Shown piece after piece: positions 54,946-64,000 of a stretch of DNA of 64,000 nucleotides. The DNA lies in IMG/VR virus record IMGVR_UViG_3300009093_000034, positions 186,001 through 250,000 of that record. One strand, given 5' to 3'. The notes beneath the pieces are model-generated. The model searched no databases. It worked only from the letters and a program-made list of their open reading frames with translations, and had not been told where the DNA came from. Made by a program: the position numbers and the translations under genes. Each line of letters begins with the position of its first letter. The first letter of the stretch is position 1.

Positions 54946-55417
54946 AGAAGTACCTGTTGGCTATTCTAAAGCCGAGACCTACGAGCACAAAGCTCTGGTT
55001 CTCAAGTACCTCAATCGTGTGATTCAGGATCTTATCGCCAGAGCAGAGGTCCATGACGATTCCAAGTTGGAAGAACCTGAACTCTCTGCTTTCGATAAGG
55101 CAGCTAGAGATTATCCTTTAGGTACTTTGACCTATGGATCTCCAGAATACCAAGAATCTGTGAGACTTCTTGGCCCTGCTCTTGAACATCACTATGCCGT
55201 CAATCGTCATCACCCTCAGCATTTCCCAGACGGAGTTCGAGGAATGAACTTGGTGGACTTGATCGAAATGATCTGCGATTGGAAAGCTTCGACTTTCCGT
55301 CAGCCAGGCGGAAATCTTTTGAAGTCCATCCACATGAACGCTACTCCTGATAAGTTCAACTACACTCAAGAGTTGTCTCAGATCTTTGAGAACACAGCAG
55401 ACTTCTTGGAGGACTAA
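54938..55417 (+). CDS. DUF5662-like HD-related protein
   Basis: HK..V, HDDSKL, HHY..NRHHP.H, EM.CDW. Confidence 0.8.
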   Translation: MGKEVPVGYSKAETYEHKALVLKYLNRVIQDLIARAEVHDDSKLEEPELSAFDKAARDYPLGTLTYGSPEYQESVRLLGPALEHHYAVNRHHPQHFPDGVRGMNLVDLIEMICDWKASTFRQPGGNLLKSIHMNATPDKFNYTQELSQIFENTADFLED

Positions 55418-55687
55418 ATGGAACTTCAAGCCGAGTTTGATTACACACTTAGAAAATTGAACCACCTCGTTAGTAAGGTTAAAAACCACAATGAGTTTGA
55501 GTTCGAGGTTGCTATCTTCAGAGATGGACCTTACTACACGATCATTATCGGTGGAAATGGTCAGATGAACTTTGGAGACATGAGCAAGGCTTGTTTCCAA
55601 AAACTTAGAGATGAAGGCTATCTTGAGGAAGATTCTTATGGTGGTGGAAAGAATCGAAGCTACTACAAGTTTCTTAAAAAGTCATGA
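55418..55687 (+). CDS. Hypothetical protein
   Basis: GGAGG SD. Confidence 0.55.
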   Translation: MELQAEFDYTLRKLNHLVSKVKNHNEFEFEVAIFRDGPYYTIIIGGNGQMNFGDMSKACFQKLRDEGYLEEDSYGGGKNRSYYKFLKKS

Positions 55688-56007
55688 CATTTCACGAAAA
55701 GTACTTGAAGCTGATAAGGTACAGTGAAGATGTAGCTCAGCTGGATCTTCATTATCCTAAGTTGACTAGGGGGTTACTAGACATTGAGTCTATCTACTCA
55801 GACGAAGTGTATTATTGTCATTTGAATTGTTGTTCAGAGTTCTTAAAAAGAATAATTTCCGGTCCAGGAGAAAAACCTAAGAACATCAGCAAAGAACAAA
55901 TGACCAAACTCTATAAAGAGTGTTGTAGGCCCTTCAAGATTATTCTCCAACAGAAATTTTCCTTTGAGATGCAAAATCTGGGTTTACTCGTATTCGAGAA
56001 TTTATAA
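55684..56007 (+). CDS. Hypothetical protein, tandem paralog 1
   Basis: LLD..S.YSDEVY...IL..KF..EMQ..G shared with next gene. Confidence 0.65.
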   Translation: MTFHEKYLKLIRYSEDVAQLDLHYPKLTRGLLDIESIYSDEVYYCHLNCCSEFLKRIISGPGEKPKNISKEQMTKLYKECCRPFKIILQQKFSFEMQNLGLLVFENL

Positions 56008-56008
56008 A

Positions 56009-56311
56009 ATGACACACGAAAATTTTACCTATTTGAGATTAAACTCAGATATTGTACACGCCCTGTTCTCAGAGTTTTCTCAAAAGACTGAAGAGTTGTT
56101 GGACTGTGATTCGTTCTACTCTGATGAGGTTTACCAGGCCTTTGAAAGAGAGACACATCATCGGTACTCATATTCTAGCCTGAAGTACATGGAAGGCGGT
56201 TCTGATGAAGAGTGTGAACTCTATCGGAAAAGAATGCTCTTAGCTAGAGAAAACTTTGAGAATATCCTCAGAAAAAAGTTTGCATGGGAAATGCAAACAA
56301 TAGGAGTTTGA
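56009..56311 (+). CDS. Hypothetical protein, tandem paralog 2
   Basis: See paralog 1; start MTHENF parallels MTFHEKY. Confidence 0.65.
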   Translation: MTHENFTYLRLNSDIVHALFSEFSQKTEELLDCDSFYSDEVYQAFERETHHRYSYSSLKYMEGGSDEECELYRKRMLLARENFENILRKKFAWEMQTIGV

Positions 56312-56313
56312 AC

Positions 56314-57243
56314 ATGCGCAAGTTTTTGGTGCTGGTAGGAATCTTGTTCCTTCTGGCTTCGGTTGACGCTTTCGCCAAGGGCGGATTTAGTTCTGGAGGT
56401 GGACGTTCGTTCTCTTCCTCTTCTTCCATCCGTCTCAGCAGCCCGTCAAGGTCTCTCAGTAGCCCTTCCCTCAAGTTGGGAAGTAGCCCCAGTCGTCCGT
56501 CTCTGATCAAGTCCCCGAGTCTTTCGGGTTCGACCGGATCGAGTGGTTTGTCAAGCACAGGCTCTTTGAAGCTCAGTGGTAATGGTTTCACTAAGACCAC
56601 GAACCCTTTCACTGCAAGGCCTGCTACTTCGACCACCTCGACTCTGTCGTTGAACGGTGGACGCTCTACCACTTCGACCATCCCTCTGGTTGGTTATCCC
56701 AGGTCTCTCTATACTCCTTCAGTTTCTGTGGGTGTAGGGATCGGCGTTCCTCCTCCGTATTACTACGGACACACTCGTGGCGGTTTGGTCATTGTTCCTA
56801 CCCTCTACGATACCCAGTACGCCTACTTTCCTCACTACTACGGTTACGGAACTGCCCTCCCCGTCGTGAACACTTACGACAATAACGGTTACCAGGAAGC
56901 TGTGTTCAATTTCGACAATGTCGGTACCATCAAGGTTGCCGCTTACCAGCCTGTTGATTCTCTTCAGCAGACCGACAAGGGAGTGATCATCACTCTCAAG
57001 GGAACCCCGTACACCTTCGAAGCTAAGAAGGCCAACTGGCTGTTCTTCTACGCCGATACCCAGACCGTTAAGGTTGCCAACGGTATCGTGTCCTCCTCTG
57101 GTCTCGATTGGGGAGCAGCGATCTTCGGAGGAATCCTTTTGATTCTGGTGTTGATCGTGGTCCTCTCTGTTGTTGGTTACTTCATTAAGGAGTGGCTTCA
57201 GAACAGAGAGTACGACAACCGTACGACCTTCGGAAGGTGGTAA
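56314..57243 (+). CDS. Exported, C-terminally membrane-anchored Ser/Gly-rich protein
   Basis: Signal peptide ..DAFA, GGFSSGGGRSFSSSSS low-complexity region, C-terminal TM. Confidence 0.7.
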   Translation: MRKFLVLVGILFLLASVDAFAKGGFSSGGGRSFSSSSSIRLSSPSRSLSSPSLKLGSSPSRPSLIKSPSLSGSTGSSGLSSTGSLKLSGNGFTKTTNPFTARPATSTTSTLSLNGGRSTTSTIPLVGYPRSLYTPSVSVGVGIGVPPPYYYGHTRGGLVIVPTLYDTQYAYFPHYYGYGTALPVVNTYDNNGYQEAVFNFDNVGTIKVAAYQPVDSLQQTDKGVIITLKGTPYTFEAKKANWLFFYADTQTVKVANGIVSSSGLDWGAAIFGGILLILVLIVVLSVVGYFIKEWLQNREYDNRTTFGRW

Positions 57244-57245
57244 CC

Positions 57246-57497
57246 GTGGACAACAACACTCAGAAGTACTTCATCGCTTCCTACCTTTCCTACGCGAACA
57301 TCGACGACTATGGTGACTTCACCTATACGTTGACCACGCAGGAAGTTTGGGCTGATACCCCTGAAGAGGTTGTTGGTCTCCTTGAGACCCATCACAACTT
57401 TGCTCGGGTTCGTCCCATCGACTACAACAACATCCAGGTCTTGGAGATCTCTCCGAAGACCGCTGAGGAGATCATCGCTCGAAGCCCGATGATCTAA
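57246..57497 (+). CDS. Hypothetical protein
   Basis: GTG start after AAGGTGG. Confidence 0.5.
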   Translation: MDNNTQKYFIASYLSYANIDDYGDFTYTLTTQEVWADTPEEVVGLLETHHNFARVRPIDYNNIQVLEISPKTAEEIIARSPMI

Positions 57498-57504
57498 GAA
57501 CAAC

Positions 57505-57951
57505 ATGAGACTAAGACAGTTTGACTACACGAGCCTTGAAACCTTCTATGAGTTTGGACAAAAATACTTCAAGTCTCGTGTAGGCTCTGTTGCCGTTTTT
57601 AACAAGACCAAAAGAATCCTCCCTAGTTATAGGGAGTGGGTTCCTGATCCTTTTACCTGTGCTATGCTGGGCAAGAAGTATCAGGAACCTACTCATCTTA
57701 ATTGCAATGAAGTTGATGAGAACGGGAATTGGGGTAAAGATTTATCCATTCCTTTCTCAGAGATCGAATCCCTCGAGTGGGAAGAAGTTCTACGAGAGCA
57801 AGAGAGTTGGGCCAAAGAGGAAGCTCTTTGGAGAAAGAAAAACCCTCCTCAACTAGAACTTAACTTAGACAACCCAAACCATGAACCAGACATAGAGTAC
57901 ATTTGTTTGTCATACGTCCCCTTCTATTCCACAAAGGAACTCTCAGCATGA
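57505..57951 (+). CDS. Hypothetical protein
   Basis: 148 aa ORF. Confidence 0.55.
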   Translation: MRLRQFDYTSLETFYEFGQKYFKSRVGSVAVFNKTKRILPSYREWVPDPFTCAMLGKKYQEPTHLNCNEVDENGNWGKDLSIPFSEIESLEWEEVLREQESWAKEEALWRKKNPPQLELNLDNPNHEPDIEYICLSYVPFYSTKELSA

Positions 57952-58292
57952 AATTTATCGTCTTAGCCCTTTTTCTTGTCTTAACTTCTTGCGGAGGACA
58001 CCCTCCAGTTTCGACCTTAAGTCCCCAACAAAAACTTCAACTCTTGGATAGACGATGGTGGGGAGATGGCTTCGGACAGTCTTATGACTACACCTTTAGT
58101 GAAAGATTGTCTCTTCTGACTCCTCCTGTGATCTTCTACAAAGAAGCGCCCATCGTGAGCAGAGGAGTCTCGGATTATACTAAGGTCTATCTTCAAGACG
58201 CCAACGGTGCAATCCTTACGATGAGCTTTCCGTTAGAAGATGCGTGGTTGAAAGCCTTCAAGGTTGGCGACGTGATTGTAAAGGAAAAGTGA
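57948..58292 (+). CDS. Lipoprotein
   Basis: MKFIVLALFLVLTSC lipobox; ATGA overlap; AAGGA SD. Confidence 0.7.
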   Translation: MKFIVLALFLVLTSCGGHPPVSTLSPQQKLQLLDRRWWGDGFGQSYDYTFSERLSLLTPPVIFYKEAPIVSRGVSDYTKVYLQDANGAILTMSFPLEDAWLKAFKVGDVIVKEK

Positions 58293-59146
58293 AAGTGCTT
58301 AAGTACAACGTCAATGACCGGGTGGTCATCAAGTCTTTAGAAGAAATTCAAAAGTGTGAAGAGTACTCTAATGCTAATGCAGCTGGAGAAGAAGTAGAAA
58401 GATTCATATCCGACATGGAACCATTTTGTGGTTGTGTGTTAACTATTTCATCAAAAGGATTTGAATCAGATCAAGCTCCATCCTACTCTGTTTTAGAACC
58501 TGGAGCAAGTAGATGGCATTGGCAAGATTGGATGATCTCCCGTCTTGCTGAACATGTTGAACCAGACAAACCTTGGCCTAGGATCAAGACCATGATCATT
58601 GACCAAGGTAGAGACGACCAAGATCATCTTCGTCAAGATGAAGGAGTCTATCGTATTCGATACGATATTTCCTACATCGCTATCGCTCCTTCCAAAGACG
58701 GAGCCATCTTGATTGGAAGCCCCGTTCACATTGAAAGTTCAGGTGATGGTGAGTACACTCTATGGGGTATCATGAGGGTGGGAACAAGACATCCTTACCC
58801 TGTCAATGACGTCCGTCACTTTAACAGTCACTCGGATTTGAAAAAAGCTCTGGAAGGCGTCGAGGTCATCCTTGACAAGGCCTACGCAAGAAAGAAAATT
58901 GACCTTCTCCAAGCAGAGATCACGAAGCTAGAGGAAGACTACAAGCTCTACTCTATCGGAGACGATACTAGAGAAGGTCTTTTTGCTGGATATATCTCAA
59001 GTGCTGAAGAACTCTCTAAGTTCCCAGGAATAGAGAACAGTTGGATCGAAGCCTCAATCTCTTTCAAAGGCGGAGTCAATGGTCTGAGAGATGTCAAGAT
59101 CGGAGATCGTTTCAAGTTCTGGGACAAGGCATGGCATCCACTATGA
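58289..59146 (+). CDS. Hypothetical protein
   Basis: KYNVNDRVVIKS...M..FCG...TI N-terminal phage domain. Confidence 0.6.
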   Translation: MKVLKYNVNDRVVIKSLEEIQKCEEYSNANAAGEEVERFISDMEPFCGCVLTISSKGFESDQAPSYSVLEPGASRWHWQDWMISRLAEHVEPDKPWPRIKTMIIDQGRDDQDHLRQDEGVYRIRYDISYIAIAPSKDGAILIGSPVHIESSGDGEYTLWGIMRVGTRHPYPVNDVRHFNSHSDLKKALEGVEVILDKAYARKKIDLLQAEITKLEEDYKLYSIGDDTREGLFAGYISSAEELSKFPGIENSWIEASISFKGGVNGLRDVKIGDRFKFWDKAWHPL

Positions 59147-60027
59147 TTGACTATGTGATGAAACAAAAACCCAAGGCCTTCATCTGCCAAGACTACATCG
59201 TTGTCGACATCTTTGACTTCGGTGCAAAGTTTCAGATCCCTTTCATTGCCGTTACAGACGGTTGTACAGGTGGCCAAAGGACAGAGACTGGAAGCCAGTT
59301 GCTCTGTCACATCTCAAGGATCGAAACCCTCAAGTATCTTGAGGAGTGGGACCTTGGACGTCCTGACACTGGTTTTGGTCGATCAGACCTTCTTGAGATC
59401 TTGAACAGGATTCAAAACAAGTTGACAGCGATCTCGACAGAGTTGAGCTTCAACTATGATCAGTTGCTTGCTACTCTTCAATTTCTGTTCATCATTGACA
59501 ACCATGTCTATGGTATCAGGTCTGGGGACGGTGTGATGTTCACCTTCGATAAGAAGAAGATCATCAGAACCTCAGTGATCGAGTACACTCCTAACATGCC
59601 AAACTACTTGGCTTATAGAACCAACCCTGTTGCTTGGAGAGATCTTAGAACCACGGTTCATGGAGATCCTTACAGACCTTGTTTCAAAACCGTAACAACG
59701 TATGAGAGCACAGCTACCGAACCTACTACGACAGAAGACAGACAAGACTACTTTGAGATCACTTTCATTGATGAAGAGTTAAGCCCTGATTTAACCCATA
59801 TCGGACTTGCTTCCGATGGCGTTGAGTCCTACATGAACGAGAGTTCGAATCAAGGAATTCCTGTTTGGGGTTTGATCAAAGAACTCTCTGAGATCAAGAA
59901 CCCTGAAGGAAACTTCTTGGTCCGAAGATTTCAGAAGATGGACAAGGGCTATCACTCAGCTGGCTTTGAGAACAAAGACGACGTAGCTATTGCCATGATC
60001 GATCTAGAAGCTTACAGAAGACTTTGA
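59143..60027 (+). CDS. PP2C-family protein phosphatase
   Basis: CQD, AVTDGC.G...GS, ATL, GDG, LASDG, DDVA. Confidence 0.88.
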   Translation: MIDYVMKQKPKAFICQDYIVVDIFDFGAKFQIPFIAVTDGCTGGQRTETGSQLLCHISRIETLKYLEEWDLGRPDTGFGRSDLLEILNRIQNKLTAISTELSFNYDQLLATLQFLFIIDNHVYGIRSGDGVMFTFDKKKIIRTSVIEYTPNMPNYLAYRTNPVAWRDLRTTVHGDPYRPCFKTVTTYESTATEPTTTEDRQDYFEITFIDEELSPDLTHIGLASDGVESYMNESSNQGIPVWGLIKELSEIKNPEGNFLVRRFQKMDKGYHSAGFENKDDVAIAMIDLEAYRRL

Positions 60028-60028
60028 C

Positions 60029-60313
60029 ATGGAACAAACTTGCGATACTTGTTTCTTTTGTAGGGACATAATTGTAGGATCCAGTTGTTTTGGAAGATGG
60101 CCAGCTAGAGAGATCACAAGTTGTATTGTAGGTCGTGAAGGCGATCGTTTTCCAAAACCTGTTCCCGTTTCTAAATCAAACACTTGTCACAAGTGGGCTT
60201 CCAAGAACGAAAAATTCAAGATTCAAAAATTGCTAGATGGTAGAGGAATTTGGACACCAGCAGAAAAATGGGTCCCACCTTATAATCCAGAGAGGTCTAA
60301 GTACTATGACTAA
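60029..60313 (+). CDS. Cys-rich small protein
   Basis: CDTC.FC...C...C.KW. Confidence 0.55.
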   Translation: MEQTCDTCFFCRDIIVGSSCFGRWPAREITSCIVGREGDRFPKPVPVSKSNTCHKWASKNEKFKIQKLLDGRGIWTPAEKWVPPYNPERSKYYD

Positions 60314-61988
60314 AACAGTTGTCTACCAAAACAAGAACATCGTTCTCTCTGATAGCAACTACCTCTCTGCAGGTGGAGAAGGAGAGATCTATCTCAAAGG
60401 TGGAGTGATCTTCAAGATCTACACCAAGCCTGTGAATCCTCAGCTTCTTGACAAGATCAAAGAACTCTCGGTTTTGGATCGGCCGAACATCATCAGGCCT
60501 CTAGAGTTAATCTTTGATCCAAACACAAATCAACCTGTTGGTTACACCATGGCCTACGCAGATAACAGCGTTGGTCTTCCTCTTCTCTTCACCACTTCCT
60601 TCTTAGACCGGACCAACATCAGTCTTAAGTCAATCCAAGAGTTGATCGAAGAGATGGCCAAGACCTTGGCCTTCATCCACTCGAAACAGGTCTTGGTGGT
60701 CGACCATAACGAGAACAACATTCTAGTCTCCAAGGGAAAGAAGTACACACAACCTTACTTCATCGATGTTGATAGTTGGCAGACTTCCAGGTTTCCTGCT
60801 ACTGCCATCATGCCATCGATCAAGGACTTCAGAGCTTCAAAGTTTAGTGAGTTCACCGATTGGTACTCTCACGCCGTTCTCTCGTTTCAACTCTTGACAG
60901 GCATCCACCCTTACAAGGGAAAGCATGACGTCTTCAAGAACATTGAAGAACGAAGAAAGAACTTGGTCTCTGTGTTCCATAAGGATGTCCGTCTCCCAGC
61001 TTCGGTAAGAGACTTTGCCAACATCCCTCCTGCTTACCGATCATTGTATGAAGATATCTTCGACAAGGGTCTTGAGGTTCTTCCTCCAGCCATGGTCGCT
61101 ACTCCTACTGTCAGAATCAAGAGAAAGTACTCGAACGTTCACTTCATCGTTGAGAAGATCCTTGAGACCAAGGAACCTATCGTCTACAGCGAGTGGATCA
61201 ACGGGACTCTTGTGGCTGCCACAGAACATTACGTCTATGTTAACAAGGTTGAGTACAACAGACCTACACCTGATGCCAAGGTTTTCTTTGGAGACGAGGG
61301 AGGTCTTTACTTTGCCTTTATGGAAAATGGAGACCTGACCATTCAGCCGGTGAAGAAAGGTGAAAATGTCAAGGACATCTATATCAAGCCTACGAAGCTC
61401 TTCACCATTGGTGGACGATTGTACGCTCTTGATATTGGACGGCTCTATGAGTTCTCTCTTCGTGAGAAGATGAATGTCTTAATCACTGTGATGTCTCCTA
61501 TGATCAACACCTTGTCTACCAAGGTTTACGATCAAGTGGTTCACACAGAGATGTTCGGAGAGAAGTACTTCTACTGTTTGCCTGCAACCAAGACCTTCGT
61601 TCCTTTTCACGCTAAGGGTTTGAAAGAATACAAGATCTGGGATGCTCAAATGAGAGGAACAAGACTCCAGATCATCGCTACTACGAAGACTGGTGATCCT
61701 GTCATCATCACTTATCAGCTCAGCAAGACCTGGGACAAAGGGCTCTTGATGAACCAAGAGCCTCTCCCGGCTATTCGAGAGTTGAACTCGATCACCATTG
61801 CTAATGGGATGGTAGTTGATTACGATGCAGATGACGATCAAGTGAAGATCACAAGTGCAGACCTTACTCAAGAGAAGATCATCAAAGATGCTGGTCTTCC
61901 TCAAGGTGCTCAATTGGTTTCTGGTTCGACAAGCGTATACTACCAAGTAGACAACGAGGTCAGAAAGATCTCGATGAAACAACCATGA
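60306..61988 (+). CDS. Ser/Thr protein kinase with C-terminal beta-rich domain
   Basis: GGEGEIY, FKIY, IH...VVDHNENNILV, FIDVDSW, TDW...LLTGIHPYKG. Confidence 0.88.
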   Translation: MTKTVVYQNKNIVLSDSNYLSAGGEGEIYLKGGVIFKIYTKPVNPQLLDKIKELSVLDRPNIIRPLELIFDPNTNQPVGYTMAYADNSVGLPLLFTTSFLDRTNISLKSIQELIEEMAKTLAFIHSKQVLVVDHNENNILVSKGKKYTQPYFIDVDSWQTSRFPATAIMPSIKDFRASKFSEFTDWYSHAVLSFQLLTGIHPYKGKHDVFKNIEERRKNLVSVFHKDVRLPASVRDFANIPPAYRSLYEDIFDKGLEVLPPAMVATPTVRIKRKYSNVHFIVEKILETKEPIVYSEWINGTLVAATEHYVYVNKVEYNRPTPDAKVFFGDEGGLYFAFMENGDLTIQPVKKGENVKDIYIKPTKLFTIGGRLYALDIGRLYEFSLREKMNVLITVMSPMINTLSTKVYDQVVHTEMFGEKYFYCLPATKTFVPFHAKGLKEYKIWDAQMRGTRLQIIATTKTGDPVIITYQLSKTWDKGLLMNQEPLPAIRELNSITIANGMVVDYDADDDQVKITSADLTQEKIIKDAGLPQGAQLVSGSTSVYYQVDNEVRKISMKQP

Positions 61989-62085
61989 AAATCGTGAATA
62001 AGAAAAAGTCAAAACAAAAAGTTGAATTTCAAGAGATCGCTGAAGGCGTTTACCGAGTCATTCGAAAACGACCAAGGAAAAGAAA

Positions 62086-62454
62086 ATGAAAGCATCGTTT
62101 TTTACAGCAAAGGTTTTGGGGGCAGTAATTGTAGATATTGCCAGAATCGAAGAAGCTGTTAAACAACATCGTGATCTTCATGGCAGATATCTAGCTATCA
62201 GGCACGCTAAGATCGCAGATGATCCCATGTGGGATAGTTCATCTCACCAAAAGTCCACGAGTTATTCTGAGGTCTTAGAGTCTTTGATAAAGAAGAAAAA
62301 TCTTCTAGAAGGAACTGACCAAGAAAAGATCTCCATCAGTGAAAATGAGTACGACGAGATCTTTACTCAAGAGTATCCTCTTCTTCATACTGAAGACTTC
62401 GTAAAACACATTGAAGCAATTGAAGGAAAGTTGGAAAAAACTAAAAGGTCTTGA
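62086..62454 (+). CDS. Hypothetical protein
   Basis: 122 aa ORF. Confidence 0.55.
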   Translation: MKASFFTAKVLGAVIVDIARIEEAVKQHRDLHGRYLAIRHAKIADDPMWDSSSHQKSTSYSEVLESLIKKKNLLEGTDQEKISISENEYDEIFTQEYPLLHTEDFVKHIEAIEGKLEKTKRS

Positions 62455-62478
62455 GATATTGTACTCCGCAAGGAGTAC
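62452..62478 (+). promoter_or_regulatory. TGAGATATT promoter followed by SD-containing hairpin
   Basis: GTACTCC-GCAA-GGAGTAC 62461-62478. Confidence 0.65.
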
Positions 62479-62483
62479 CGAAA

Positions 62484-63284
62484 ATGGGCCAAACGAGCTA
62501 TGGACGTGTAAAGGCTGAGATGGACATCGGAACCTCGATGCCCTCCGGTCGCATGATCAAGGAAGGAACTCTCGGAGAGATTGTGTCTTTCGACGACAAC
62601 AGTCTTACTGTCAAGTTCAAGGGTCATGGTCCTCTTCATTCTTTCGATCGCGGAAGCTATATGCTTCGCTATGCTCCTCGGCTCGCTTCTCACGGCACTC
62701 TCGACGCGGTCGAGATCATCACCATATTCGGTATTTCGGACAAAGCATGGGAACGTCTTCCCAGCCTCTACAAGCATCTTCGCTTGAGCCGTACAACGGC
62801 TTCCAAGAGAGGTTTCTACGACCGTCTGGTGGAGTACAACAAGCCGATCAGTGACCATATCCATGGTGCTCTGACGGATGCAGGTTTTGCCAATGGCGAG
62901 CCTGCTAAGAACACACCTGAAGCGAACCCTGATGCTGCTTTTTGGTGGGCTTTGTACAACACCTGGTGCAACATTGTCTACTCCCCCAACCACATGTCCA
63001 TCCATCCCAACCATCACTCGACGGCTTTCGATCGTAACGAAGCCCTGATCGCCGAGATTGAGTATCTCATCGATTCGATGGAGCTGATTGGCAAGACCAA
63101 GAAGTTCATTCGTAAGATGATCGATACTGATTTCTACGAGAACGGGGTTCACGATCCTCGAGACCAGAAGAACCGCCTTGTGGCCTTGATTCAGGCTTAC
63201 CTGAAGATCGAGATCAATCAGGCTCACAAGTTCCTCAAGGATCACTTCCCTGAGATCGACGCTAAGATCGGCGGAGAGTGGTGA
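62484..63284 (+). CDS. Hypothetical early protein
   Basis: Start re-assigned to ATG 62484 after promoter and SD. Confidence 0.65.
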   Translation: MGQTSYGRVKAEMDIGTSMPSGRMIKEGTLGEIVSFDDNSLTVKFKGHGPLHSFDRGSYMLRYAPRLASHGTLDAVEIITIFGISDKAWERLPSLYKHLRLSRTTASKRGFYDRLVEYNKPISDHIHGALTDAGFANGEPAKNTPEANPDAAFWWALYNTWCNIVYSPNHMSIHPNHHSTAFDRNEALIAEIEYLIDSMELIGKTKKFIRKMIDTDFYENGVHDPRDQKNRLVALIQAYLKIEINQAHKFLKDHFPEIDAKIGGEW

Positions 63285-63505
63285 AAGTCCTTTTGATCGT
63301 TGTGATCCTCTTGATTCTTTCTCCGATCCACATTCACATTTCGTTCTAAGAGGTTTTTCATTATGGCCAAACAACCGAAACGTGAAAGACTTTGGAACTT
63401 TGTAGAAGATCTTTCTAACTTTCTTTATTCGTTTGGAGATCTCCTTCCTGCTATTATCCAGTGGATCGTCTCTATCTTTGAAAACTTTTCGTAAAGGCTA
63501 ACACC

Positions 63506-63898
63506 ATGGATTCCAGAATCGAAGAACTGATTGATTATTGTTTTTCTCTTGGTCAAGGTGGTTGGAACAACACCGAAGACAAAACCTATTACATGACTCA
63601 GGCTCTGGCAAAAGCCAAGGAGTTGAAACTGAATCCTCTTCCTGGTCCAGCTTTCGCGGCCTCGAGTCCTGAGTACGAACCCGACTATGCTTTTACTCGT
63701 GAAGAGCAGATCGGAAAGTTCGCGGTAGATGCTACCGACTTGGAAGAGCTTCCCATGGGGGAGTGGAAAAAAGTTCTCGAAGCTTATGAGCATTTTGGAC
63801 GAGTGAAGGCTCTTCAGGTCGCCTACGGCCTCAAAGAGTGGACCTACAAAGAAACAGTTCGAGCTGTAGACAGGATCATCTATCGAGGTAAGGTATGA
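63506..63898 (+). CDS. Hypothetical protein
   Basis: 130 aa; C-terminal KA.....GLKE...VD L7/L12-CTD-like pattern. Confidence 0.55.
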   Translation: MDSRIEELIDYCFSLGQGGWNNTEDKTYYMTQALAKAKELKLNPLPGPAFAASSPEYEPDYAFTREEQIGKFAVDATDLEELPMGEWKKVLEAYEHFGRVKALQVAYGLKEWTYKETVRAVDRIIYRGKV

Positions 63899-64000
63899 GA
63901 AAGACCATTCTTGTTTGGGTGACCAGAGACTCTTCCTGGAACATGGCCTCAGATCCTGAAAGGATCGAGATCAAGATTGATCAAGACTTGAGCTTCATGC

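Noticed and set aside
56380-56680. Ser/Gly-rich stretch as a DNA repeat or diversity-generating region
   Set aside because: Low complexity at protein level only; codons vary, and no template/variable repeat pair or reverse transcriptase is present
62385-63374. 329-aa antisense ORF (likewise 34345-35016, 36946-37518, 52166-52711, 53011-53604)
   Set aside because: Each fully overlaps a better-supported plus-strand gene with SD, promoter or recognisable motifs
1-64000. CRISPR array, tRNA/rRNA genes, integrase or IS elements
   Set aside because: No spaced direct-repeat array, no cloverleaf or T-loop pattern in the short intergenic gaps, and no recombinase or transposase motifs seen by eye; tRNAscan and CRISPR finders were not run
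1-64000. Stop-codon reassignment as in some large phages
   Set aside because: Conserved genes are full length in the standard code, and TAA, TAG and TGA all end tightly packed genes

Overview
64 kb of a large, AT-rich (about 40% GC by eye) lytic myovirus genome, T4-like or jumbo-type, read in the standard genetic code. I found no tRNA, rRNA, CRISPR array, integrase or transposon. Layout: (1) 1-8.9 kb tail/baseplate genes (tape-measure-like C-terminus, tube initiator, gp53/LysM-like wedge, gp27-like hub, gp5/VgrG-like spike, two large virion proteins). (2) 9-14 kb thymidine kinase, vWA, thioredoxin-like and UvsY-like genes. (3) 14.4-23.5 kb acidic modular proteins with repeated domains and repeated capsid-targeting/protease-site-like motifs, plus a GT8 glycosyltransferase. 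(4) nadA preceded by a 21-bp NadQ-type inverted repeat. (5) 25-33.7 kb replication and expression core (SbcC/gp46, gp32-like SSB, DnaC-like loader, DnaB helicase, sigma factor, gp26-like gene with a probable +1 frameshift). (6) RNA-repair genes and small accessory genes. (7) 42.4-48.7 kb DNA-modification cluster, in which a cytosine-type (T4 gp42-like, Asp-specified) hydroxymethylase fused to a dUTPase sits with enzymes typical of thymidine hypermodification (aGPT-Pplase-like HhH protein, PLP enzyme) plus GNAT and SGNH proteins. (8) 50.8-62 kb NAD salvage genes (NadM-Nudix, PncA) that share a covarying leader hairpin, and a vWA/PP2C/kinase triad. The best candidates for novelty are the hybrid base-modification pathway, the regulated deamidated-route NAD module and the head polyproteins. 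All family calls come from motif recognition by eye; no database searches were run.
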